Translations under genes and position numbers: made by a program | The notes under the pieces: model-generated | What the model saw: only the letters and a program-made list of their open reading frames with translations | What the model was told of the DNA's origin: nothing | Database searches by the model: none | From: Welwitschia mirabilis | Taxonomy: Eukaryota | NCBI GenBank assembly: GCA_051453625.1 | Contig: JBOZIK010000001.1 | Coordinates: 17,748,782 to 17,768,781 of the forward strand | Direction: 5' to 3' | Length of the DNA stretch: 20,000 nt | Shown: positions 1 to 9,958 of the stretch, in pieces | Layout: each line of letters begins with the position of its first letter | Position numbering within the stretch: the first letter of the stretch is position 1

Positions 1-250
1 TCTAATATAGGAATGCTAATCTTAACTTCCATGAAACGTTTCAAGACTTCTAGTTGCTTCCTTACTATGTTATCATTTCTATAACATGGATGAAATAATA
101 GAGGTTTTTGATAAGTTGGCATTGGCTTCTTGATCTCTTTTTTTATTTTCTTTTTCTCATTTGTTTTTGTTAGTGCTTTTTCCTCTTGTGTTGGGACTTG
201 ATTTAGATCTTGAATAATTTATTTTCCACTTCTAAAGTTGATGGCTTTTC
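1..250 (-). pseudogene. gag: Athila-like gag-protease linker (element B), continues off the left edge
   Basis: Minus-strand translation reads KAINFRSGK*IIQDLNQVPTQEEKALTKTNEKKKIKKEIKKPMPTYQKPLLFHPCYRNDNIVRKQLEVLKRFMEVKISIPIL. This matches the Athila motifs KAITLRSGK, Y.PPLPFP.R and F..V.INIPLLDA that precede the protease. Confidence 0.85.
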
Positions 251-293
251 TCTTCTTAATAAGACTATTCTCTTCTTAATGAGACTATTCTCT
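248..293. repeat. 20-bp tandem duplication (TTCTCTTCTTAATRAGACTA x2.3)
   Basis: Units at 248-267 and 268-287, partial unit at 288-293. It lies where gag homology breaks off. Confidence 0.9.
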
Positions 294-1208
294 ACACCCT
301 CTAACTATCTTAACATCTCTAGGATTAGGTTTAGGAATCATAGGAAGTTTTTTCTATTCTCATTAGTTATGGATAGAAAAACTATAAGTGGTTTTTTGGC
401 TCCAGTGGGTCATGTTTTATTTTACTATATAAGTATTTAAAGAAAAATAGATGAAGCAAAGCTATGAATAGGAGGCTTAAACATGAAAAAAAGGACTTGC
501 TTAAAATCTTATCTACAATACATATGATAGGAGGACTTTCCAAGTTTAAAGGCATTTATAACCAAATCTATAATATATACACAAAGGGAAGTAGATAAGG
601 AAAGTATCTAAAATAAAATAATTCAATTTAGGATAGAAAGCACAATAAAGAAATTGCGATGCAATATATCAATGATATAATTAAATATGTATTTAGAAAA
701 TATCTAGTTAAAAAAGGTTACAAAGTTATATAGGAGCTTAGAGATTAGGATTTGTCCAATTAAGTAAGTTAATAGATAATGTCATTTAAATTCTTAACTC
801 CACATTGTAAATTATCTATAATTTGATATGATAGTTAGATTTAATAAAATTTAAATTATGTGCTTATTATTTAATTTTTTTGAAGACTTATCATTATGAT
901 TGTATTAGGCTTAGAATATTTCAAATTCTCTAAAACTTTCATTGTAGATAAAGAGACATCTTAAAATTTCTAGACATCTTTTAATTAGATGTCTTGAGTT
1001 TTGTAAATATCTTTAAAAGTTAGCTATCAAAATAGATGTCTTTGATTAGGTAGATATTTTAATTGTAAAAAAAATGTATTATAAAAGTTTTGATAGTAGA
1101 TGTCTTTAAGTTTATAAATGTTTACTTTTTGCATTTTAGATGTCTTTCATTAGGTGGACATGTTGAATGTACTATTGTAAAAATTAACATGTATAAAAAA
1201 TGTAGGAT
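294..1208. mobile_element. Unclassified non-coding insertion interrupting gag of element B
   Basis: Gag-like sequence is readable at <=250 and >=1512 but not between. The segment contains a short-motif array, and its right junction is hidden in the gap at 1209-1511. Confidence 0.5.
953..1164. repeat. Dispersed array of ~10-bp TAGAYRTCTT motifs
   Basis: Copies at 953, 971, 986, 1004, 1033, 1051, 1097, 1137 and 1155 (GAGACATCTT, TAGACATCTT, TAGATGTCTT and variants). Confidence 0.8.
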
Positions 1209-1511
1209 NNNNNNNNNNNNNNNNNNNNNNNNNNNNNNNNNNNNNNNNNNNNNNNNNNNNNNNNNNNNNNNNNNNNNNNNNNNNNNNNNNNNNNNNNNNN
1301 NNNNNNNNNNNNNNNNNNNNNNNNNNNNNNNNNNNNNNNNNNNNNNNNNNNNNNNNNNNNNNNNNNNNNNNNNNNNNNNNNNNNNNNNNNNNNNNNNNNN
1401 NNNNNNNNNNNNNNNNNNNNNNNNNNNNNNNNNNNNNNNNNNNNNNNNNNNNNNNNNNNNNNNNNNNNNNNNNNNNNNNNNNNNNNNNNNNNNNNNNNNN
1501 NNNNNNNNNNN

Positions 1512-3290
1512 AAAAGATCCTAGTATAAGCCTTACTTTTACCATGGGTAGTGATAAGAATATTTATAACTTAGACAAAGAATGCTATTATTATAGAAAGA
1601 ACTTTTAAATTTTAGAGGTAGCACAAAGATAAAGTTTTAACTTACTTCACTTAGAGTAGTTCAAGAATGATTGTATAGTAAGAAAAGAATTGAATGATAA
1701 AGGTTGATAAGGACAATGAGGAATATTGATTATATGAGAATGGATAAGAGTTTCAAGCAAAGGAAAATTGATTCCTAAGTTGACTAGTTAATGGTTGGTT
1801 GTTATTATTATTATTCTACTTATATAGAACTTTTAGATGATTACTTCACTTGGGGTTACAAGTGTTTAAAAATGGGTTATTTAATTTTTGATTCTATTAA
1901 TGTGATTCTACCTCATTAACTTATTCATTTACTATTTTTTGAAAGATCATATTAAANNNNNNNNNNNNNNNNNNNNNNNNNNNNNNNNNNNNNNNNNNNN
2001 NNNNNNNNNNNNNNNNNNNNNNNNNNNNNNNNNNNNNNNNNNNNNNNNNNNNNNNNCATCTCTAGGATTAGGTTTAGAAATCATAAAAAGTTTTTTCTAT
2101 TCTCATTAGTTAAGGATAGAAAAACTAGAAGTGGTTTTTTGGCTCCAATGGGTAATGTTTTGTTTTACTATCTAAGTATTTTGCATTTATAACTCCATAT
2201 ACACCGTCAAAGTATCTTATAAATAATTGAATGATAAATGTTGATAAGGACAATGAGGAATATTAATTATATGAGAATGGATAATAGTTACAAGTAAAGA
2301 AAAATTAATTCCTAAGTTGACTAGTTAATGGTTGGTTATTATTATTATTATTCTACTTCTATAAAACTTTTAGATGATTACTTCACTTGGGGTTATAAGT
2401 GTTCAAAAATGGGTTATTTTATTTTTGATTCTATTAATGTTATTCTATCTCATTAACTTATTCATTTACTATGTTTCGAAAGATCATATGCAAGAATATT
2501 CAGAAGTTCTATAGTTGTCAACATGACATAGTAAGCATTTAGGCCTATGTTGTATGGTAAGATATATAAGTTTTTTGGAAATTTCATATATACTATTATT
2601 GATGTTTAAGTTTTTTGGAATCTTAAAAGCATTAGTGGACTCAACTACATGATATGATCTAGAAGGTTAAATTGATTCTAAATATTCTTACACTTCATGT
2701 ATCTTTAGAATAAGGAATCTATTTCTACTTATCATCTCTACCAATTGTTTGTGATTTCAAATTAGGCCTTCATAGAAGACACTTATTATTATCCCCTATA
2801 TAAAATTATGTTATGAGAATTTTAAGAGTAGGTCACTAAATCGTTTTAAGATTTGAAAGAAGATGTCATGATCTTTCTACTAGAAGTTTATGATTTCTCT
2901 CATTAAGGGATTGGTTTTGTAACTAGAAAATAATTTATTAATGAAAGCTCTATTTAACTTATCAAAGTTGTAATGGAAATGAATTTAAAGTATACAACTA
3001 GTATTTTTTTTTCTTTAACAAAAAATAAAATAAGATCAACATAAGTGTATCACTTAGATTGAAGAATTGAGATAAGGTCATAAGCACATATTTAAATTCT
3101 TTAAATGTAAGTATGAATCTTCAAATTTAATGTAATAAAAGTATGGAAGAATCTAAATGATGATTAACTTAAATTCTAATATACATATAAGTGGATATTG
3201 AACTATACAAAAAGGCATTCCTATAGACATTATGATTGAAAATAATCTTTAAGATTTTTCTAGTGGAATGGCTATTGATAAGTTTAATTT
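1512..3290 (-). pseudogene. gag: Athila-like gag (Retrotrans_gag core, zinc knuckle, NPGWRNHPN motif) of element B; many stops and frameshifts
   Basis: Motifs appear in the expected order on the minus strand: LKDYFQS..MPFCIV; LEFKLIII*ILPYFY.IKFEDSYLHLK; DTLMLILFYFLLK..*LYTL..SITTFDKLNRAFINKLFSSYKTNPLMREIINF**KDHDIFFQILKRFSDLLLKFS*HNF...SVFYEGL. The knuckle CLLCHVDN(Y)RTSE(Y) at 2537-2496 is CX2CX4HX4C with CAT>TAT and TGT>TAT. E*VN..NNPFLNTYNPK*SNHLKVL* at 2418-2359 corresponds to NNPYSNTYNPGWRNHPNFSW. Confidence 0.92.
1688..2489. repeat. Gap-flanking duplicate pair 1688-1952 / 2224-2489 (plus 321-438 / 2057-2180)
   Basis: Collinear, diverged copies on either side of the 100-N gap at 1957-2056. 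Confidence 0.92.
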
Positions 3291-3589
3291 ATTAAAGAAA
3301 TTAGAATTTTAAATGATAGTTATTTTGAAAAATAAAATTAAAATTGTTGAAAAAACTAAGTATTAGAGAAATAAGATGGGTTATTAAAATGAGGATTCAA
3401 GAAAGTAGATTTTTCATTTGCATGTTTTTCCCTTTCAAATCCTTTATGTAAATGGCTCATAGAGGAGGGTCTTTCTTTGTTATTATTATGAGGATCCATT
3501 TGGAGATTAGACACATAAAATGCAATTTATCATAAGAGTCATGTATTCAATGTGTATATCTCTTTAAATTTAAAAGAGGTGTCAATAAC

Positions 3590-4781
3590 TAATGACACTC
3601 AAAATTTAACATTTATATCAAGGTATTAAGGTATTATTGGAAATTTTAATTAATCATCATGATAGTTTTATGTATTTCTTTTACTTAGGGGCACAAAATT
3701 TTAGTTTTACTACTAATATGCTTAAATAATATTATTTTGCAAATTAAATAGCACATCTAAAGCATCATGGTAGAATATTGGGCTGTGTACTTCATGATGA
3801 CATTGATCATAAGCATGCTTACACTAGTTTCTTAGAGAAAAATACTATCATACTTACATTCTTGAGTCCTCTTAATGCACATAATTCATTCCCATAATTT
3901 TTGTTAAGAGGAGATACAGGAGGAATTTTCTAAGAAGAAACCCTCACTTTGGCCCCATGACTAAATAATTATTTAAAATAATTTAGTTCATTTAAAAGGA
4001 TTTACTTTCATTATTATATTTCAAGAAGATTGAATATTTAATCATGAGTTCATGATAGACTAGCTATCAAGCTAGTATGATGCTTTTTGGTTTAGCATGA
4101 GTACATTTTTTTATTGTATGCTTTTCTTATCCTAATAATAAAGAACTATATGTTCTTAATGCATTACTTTTATATCAAGTCGTGAATGTCATACTTGTTA
4201 TGCTTAGAATTGGTTAAGTCATTCTTTTACTTTAAACTCTAGTTCGATGATTTTTAGTTATATTCTTTCTTGCATAATATAGATGTTTATCTAATGAATC
4301 TTAGGAGACTCCTACTTTTCATGCTTATTTTTATGAAGGCTAGGTGGCTTGATTATATTACCCTCATATCTATGATAGATGGTATTATGTGATTTTTCTT
4401 TAGTTTAAACTAAATAATACTTATGGACATAGTGGATTATATCATTGTGAATGAGTTGGATGTAAAGATACATGTTTTCATTATAAGTACATATGTTTGT
4501 TTTTTGAAGTTTTCATGTTTGTTTAAGTATTATGTTCCATTCCTAGCTCTTTAAATATCACCTCAATCTCTATTACTTTATACTTTTATGCTTTTTTTAC
4601 TAACAGATTTTGTCATCTATTTCTAAGAAATAATAACACTAGGATTATACTACAATCCAAATTTCTAGTAACTTTAGTAAAAGTTGGATTTGACAATTCT
4701 AGATTTGTATCTCTAGGGAAATCTTATGAGTTATCATATATTAGGAACAGATATAAGTGCAGTCAAATCCCATCGTAAATA
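3590..4781 (+). repeat. 5' LTR of element A
   Basis: Starts TAATGACACTCAAAATTTAACATTTATAT (3' LTR: TGATAACACTCAAATATTGACATTTATAT) and ends CATCGTAAATA (3' LTR: CACCATAAACA). Shared internal blocks include TTGGCCCCATGACTAAATAATTATT and CCATTCCTAGCTCTTTAAATATCA. Confidence 0.9.
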
Positions 4782-4787
4782 GCTTTT

Positions 4788-4805
4788 TGGCATCATTACT
4801 AGAGA
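4788..4805 (+). promoter_or_regulatory. Decayed primer-binding site (tRNA-Asp type) of element A
   Basis: TGGCATCATTACTAGAGA versus the Athila consensus TGGCGCCGTTGCCGGGGA: all 7 differences are G>A or C>T. It begins after a 6-nt spacer following the LTR end. Confidence 0.85.
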
Positions 4806-5038
4806 TATGATAGAGTAGCTATAGTGAAGTACAAATAGAATTTAATTTTCATACCCTTTTTAGTTCTTTCTTTTTAGTTTTTAATTTTTTCCTCTTTTTT
4901 TANNNNNNNNNNNNNNNNNNNNNNNNNNNNNNNNNNNNNNNNNNNNNNNNNNNNNNNNNNNNNNNNNNNNNNNNNNNNNNNNNNNNNNNNNNNNNNNNNN
5001 NNAATTTTTCTTTTCTTTTAGTTTTACTGGTCCCTTTC

Positions 5039-6307
5039 TAGTGCCTTTTTTTTTCTTTTTATCATTAGTAGATTGGTATTGGTTGTTTAATTAACCAAAC
5101 CTAACTTGGTGACTTCTTTTTCCTTTTTCTTCTTTTCTTTTTTTTTAATTTTTTATTTTTATCTTTCTTCTTTTTCTTTTATTACTTACAAATAATTATT
5201 TGGTTAGTATATTAAATTTTCTTGCAATAACTAATCTTTTAAAGTTTTGAAGAAGAGATTTCAAGAAAATAATAAAGAAAAAAATCATTGTTTTATCTAT
5301 CTCTCTCTCTACCATCTTTTCTTTCCTGTCTTCCCTTCTCTATTTTAGATGACTTTGTTAGCAAGTACTTGAAAATTACTTTAAATAAGGACATCATCAA
5401 AAATACTGAGGGAATTGTTTTAATAAATGTAATTTTTATTTCTAAATGTTTCTTTTTTCAAATGCATTGCATTATATTTTTATTTTTGCATTATTTCTTT
5501 TTGGAACTTATATTTAGTGTTTTTCTGTCAATCATCCAAACTAATCCTATATCCTAGATTGATAAATTTTTTGAAAACTTAATTATCAATTTTTTTAAAC
5601 CATATCTACACCATCTTACTAGCACCATCATCTTCNNNNNNNNNNNNNNNNNNNNNNNNNNNNNNNNNNNNNNNNNNNNNNNNNNNNNNNNNNNNNNNNN
5701 NNNNNNNNNNNNNNNNNNNNNNNNNNNNNNNNNNNTAGTGCCTTTTCTTTTTTCTTTTTATTATTAGTAGATTGATATTGGTTTTTTAATTAATTGAACT
5801 TGATTTGGTGACTTCTTTTTCCTTTTTCTTCTTTCCTTTTTTTAATTTTTTATTTTTATCTTTGTTCATTTTCTTTTGTTACTTACAAATAATTATTTGG
5901 TTAGTATATTAAATTTTCTTACAATGACTAATCTTTTATAAGTTTTAAGGAAGAGATTTCAAGAAAACAAGAAAGAACAAAATCATTATTTTATCCATCT
6001 CTCTCTCTACCATATTTTCTTTCTTGTCTTCCCTTATCTATTTTAGATGACTTTCTCAGCAAGTACTTAAAAATTATTTTAAAGGAGGAAATAATCAAAA
6101 AACTTAGGGAATTATTTTAATAAATGTAATTTTTATTTCTATATGTTTTATTTTTTTCAATGCATTGCATTATTTCTTTCTGGAACTTAGATTTAGTTTT
6201 TTTCTATTAATCATCCAAACTAATATTAGATTATTAAATTTTTTAAAAACTTAATTATCAATTTTTCCAAACCAATTCTACACCATCTTAATAGCACCAT
6301 CATCTTC
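5039..6307. repeat. Gap-flanking duplicate pair 5039-5635 / 5736-6307
   Basis: Both copies start TAGTGCCTTTT and end AGCACCATCATCTTC, with a 100-N gap between them. Confidence 0.93.
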
Positions 6308-6749
6308 CCTCACTAGAATCTCTAACTTCTTACATGAAAATACCTTTAGCTTTAGTGAATCCTACATTTATGACATCTTGATACCTCTTACATATCATGT
6401 GCATTAATAGAATGTACATAAACTATAATTCTTACTCTTTCATCCAAAATCATAAATCTCATTTACTGTTCAATCCTCAACCTAAGTAAACTATTAAGGA
6501 TTACCTTCAATGTCAGTGGGTAGATTTCCTTCCATGTACTATATAACCTTCTTATGCATATATTTTAAGTCTTATCATTTCATCTTTATCTTATTTACAT
6601 GATTTAAATCCTAAATATCCTTACTTTCATCATCAAGATTTTGAATCCATGTCTTCAACCATCCCTTATAAACCCTACCTCTCATCGTCTCATGAGTTTT
6701 CTTCATTCTCTCATTCTTATCATTCATTTTTTTTATAAACACCCTTCAT

Positions 6750-8141
6750 CTTATTCTTTTTCTTTTAACTAATATCCTTCATCACCCTTAATAGTCCTCT
6801 TNNNNNNNNNNNNNNNNNNNNNNNNNNNNNNNNNNNNNNNNNNNNNNNNNNNNNNNNNNNNNNNNNNNNNNNNNNNNNNNNNNNNNNNNNNNNNNNNNNN
6901 NATTCTATTCTTTTTCTTTTAACCAATATCCTTCATCACCCTCAATAGTCCTCTTCATAATTCTTAGAATACATCCTTGAAAAATTCATGGAAGTTCAAT
7001 ACCACATCAACACCATACAACAACACTTCAATCAATAACCCTCTTTTACCTTGCAAAAACTTAAGCAAAATTTGCTATAATTAAATGAAATCAATATCCA
7101 AAACATTGAGACACTTTTTCAACAAGAAGAAGAGGAGCTTTTTATATCTATAGAAAATAATCCTAGGAATAATGAAAGGAGAAGTGATAATCAAATTAAT
7201 GAAACTTAAGTTACATCCTTTAGTAATGAAAAAGAAACTAATTAGAACCTATTAGAAGATGAGGAATTACTTGAGGAGAGTCATGTATTTCAGGATGAGT
7301 CTTTTAGCAAATCTTGTAAGAAAGAGAACATCAAAGGAAAACCCATGCATGATCCATTGTACATAGATTCCTTATCTTCTTTTCAACATTCTCATGAAGA
7401 AAATGTTTTCATATCATCTTTATCTCTTGAGAATGATCTAAACCATCATGTATAAGAAAAGAAAGTTTTTAAGTCACAAATACTTTCTAATGACCATTTA
7501 CATATTTTAATAATAACTGATGTTATCTAGTGACTAAACACTTACCTTTGTATTCATCTCAAAATTATATCTTATAAGATTTGTCACAAATACATAAGAA
7601 ATCTATAGGATGAACATTTTTAGATCTTAAATGCATAGACTTCATGATTTTCATTGATCTTCTCTCTAAATTCATATGTTCATTTGTGAAAATTTATATG
7701 AATTCTCTACCATTTCATAACCCATCATCCAATCATAGTCTTCATACCCGTAAAGTTTATATCTTTCATACCCTTAAGCCTTCATCCCTATGTTATACTA
7801 GAAAATCCTAATTTAAAGGAAGTTTAATTTTATTGCATAATCTAAAATTAGATTTTCCTTTTGAATTAAACCTAAGATGCATAGATCCACTCTCAATGAA
7901 ACCAATGTCTCCTGATTGTATGTCTCTTATAAAACCACCCAAGAATTATCAATTTTATAATTATTTTCTTAAGCCCTTTTACATAAGTAATCCCAAATTC
8001 CATCCACATCATAGATTAAGCCATTACCATCTTAAAAATTATCATTTGCCTCTTCCATTATGTCATTATTTCATAAGGCTCATCGATCACCCATATCTTT
8101 CATCTTGTGATGTGTTTATAAAACTTACTGATCATAGGTAG
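6750..8141 (+). pseudogene. Truncated gag-derived ORF relic of element A with unrecognised C-terminal extension
   Basis: The frame from 6961 reads FLEYILEKFMEVQ...NIETLFQQEEEELFISIENNPRNNERRSDNQINET*VTSFSNEKE, resembling Athila LPS.TE.NPR...VTLRSGKE; its stops are TAA/TAG. SYSFSFN*YPSSPL near 6750 aligns with SYPFSYNQYSSLSL on B's minus strand near 1750. 7614-8141 is open for ~175 codons with one internal TAA (7809). Confidence 0.65.
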
Positions 8142-9923
8142 TGGCCTTTTCATATAATAAGAATCACATATCTTTATCATTCCATGGTTTTGATTGAAAT
8201 TAGATGGATCCTTTCTTTTTAGGAGAAATTCATCTTTATCTTTTAGCTCTTTTGTTAATGCTTACATTCATTTAATGTCTTCAATTTGGAATTAAGGGAA
8301 AAAGGTGGATTATGTTCTTTAATTTTTTTTCTTTATTTTAAAGTATTCATGGAGATGAGATCATTCCTCTATTAGGCTAATAATCCAGTAATTCCTTTCA
8401 TGTGCTATAAATATAAAAAGTAAAAACAACAAACAAAAGCAAAGAAAATCAAGGAAAATCTTGAGGCTCTTTTAGCACATTTTTATGATCATTTATATTG
8501 GGTTTAGTTAATTGCGTTAAGGCTATAAAACCTACTTGTAATGAAACTCTAATAATTCATTTGTAACATATTAATCTACATTAGGGATATAGATGCTCAC
8601 TAGTAATTTAACACTAAATGCTTCTTGTATAACACATTAAATCTATTAGAATGAACCATCACAACATTGAATGCTTAATGAGATAAAATGATTCAAACTT
8701 AGATGTCTATAAATAAGAAGGAAAAGGAAATAACTTAAGGTGGAATTAGAGACTTCTTTTGATTTTCTTGTCCTAACATTTTTTATTCAAGACCTTTTTA
8801 CTACTCTTAACTGGCATGAATGTATCTCATTAAAGCCTTACCTTTTTTTTGTCTTAGAAACATTACTAAATAAGCTTTTTCTAGTCCATTACTTTAGTTT
8901 TATATTTTTATTCATTCATGTTATGCATGATAGAGTTTTAGTTGCATTTCCATTTGATTTATTTCCATTTATTTTACTATTCTATATCACATGAATTTAC
9001 CTACGCCACATACATTTACCATTTCATCTCTATGAGAAAGCATACTTGAAGGTACATTTTCTGTTTGTTATGATGATATCTCTTCTTCTATAATTCATGC
9101 TAATGCTAAATCAGTTTAGATTATCCTTGAATTAAATGATCCTTAAGCTCCAACTTCATCTATTTTTTATTTAGTCTAAGCCTTTTTATCCTTTCATCAC
9201 CTCATCTTTTATTTTTCTATAATCCTTGCATCCTTCTTTATTTACTATTCTAAACTCAAAAGCACTTACCTTAGAAAAATGAGAAAGCATAAGCCCTAAC
9301 TAGTGCCATCATTACTTTTTCTCTATTCATCTTATATTTTTTTGTCTAAATTACTCTTCAGATCCATAATCATATTAGGTAACTGGTAGGTCATCATTTT
9401 CTAGATCATTTGGACACATTCTTTATCATCTTAATTTTTACTTTTTCTTCATTTTTAGATTTTCTTCCTTTTACTTTTTAACTCTAACTTCTTTCTATCA
9501 CTTTCATCTATAATAATCATTTGTAAAGCCTCATCATTTGGCAATTTTTTATAGAATTACTTTTTACTTTTACTCTTTTTCCATGCATTTGTAGATATGG
9601 ATATCATTGTTTTCACTTNNNNNNNNNNNNNNNNNNNNNNNNNNNNNNNNNNNNNNNNNNNNNNNNNNNNNNNNNNNNNNNNNNNNNNNNNNNNNNNNNN
9701 NNNNNNNNNNNNNNNNNNNNNNNNNNNNNNNNNNNNNNNNNNNNNNNNNNNNNNNNNNNNNNNNNNNNNNNNNNNNNNNNNNNNNTGATACTCTATCTTT
9801 TACTTAAATTATAATATTACAGTACATTAGCCAAAAGTTTTCCAAATCATCCTTCATTATCTCATATTTGATTAAATTGATTTATAATTTTGACTTTTTA
9901 TCTAATTTTTCAACACACTTTTT

Positions 9924-9958
9924 TGCTAAGGGACTAGAAAAAAGTTGGTTAGAGTATA
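9924..9958 (+). promoter_or_regulatory. Decayed Athila-type 3' terminal motif and polypurine tract of element A
   Basis: TTGCTAAGGGACTAGAAAAAAGTTGGTTAGAGTATA lies immediately before the TG of the 3' LTR. It resembles the TTGCT..GGGACTAGCAA...GTTGGGGGGTG end of Athila-like internal regions. Confidence 0.65.

Noticed and set aside
327..345. Telomere-like TAGGATTAGGTTTAGG and AAACCCTAA motifs (also ~10396, ~15357)
   Set aside because: Only 1-3 imperfect units, which are common in plant LTRs; this is not a telomeric array.
953..1164. CRISPR-like repeat/spacer array
   Set aside because: The repeats are only ~10 bp with irregular spacing, there are no cas genes, and the context is eukaryotic.
1090..1608. 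Long ORF-track entries spanning N runs (also 9597-9807, 13221-13403, 16370-16597, 17938-18679, 18986-19735)
   Set aside because: Their length comes from X codons in assembly gaps. Only MNYTTIEKEILAI in 18955-19740 is real, and it is part of the RNase H relic.
5288..5557. Hydrophobic short ORFs (also 210-440, 8740-8994, 11198-11455, 11575-11784, 14765-14950, 15532-15873, 17204-17422) as membrane or env-like proteins
   Set aside because: F/L/I richness follows from T-rich LTR and leader DNA. No motifs are recognisable, and most lie within LTRs or leaders.
6535..6580. Possible zinc-knuckle remnant in element A (PCTI*PSYAY)
   Set aside because: Only one Cys is recognisable, and CX2CX4HX4C spacing cannot be restored by simple transitions.
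8264..8310. Possible internal second PPT of Athila type (ACATT...AATGTC...AAGGGAAAAAGG)
   Set aside because: The position is plausible, but the match is too degenerate to support without an alignment.
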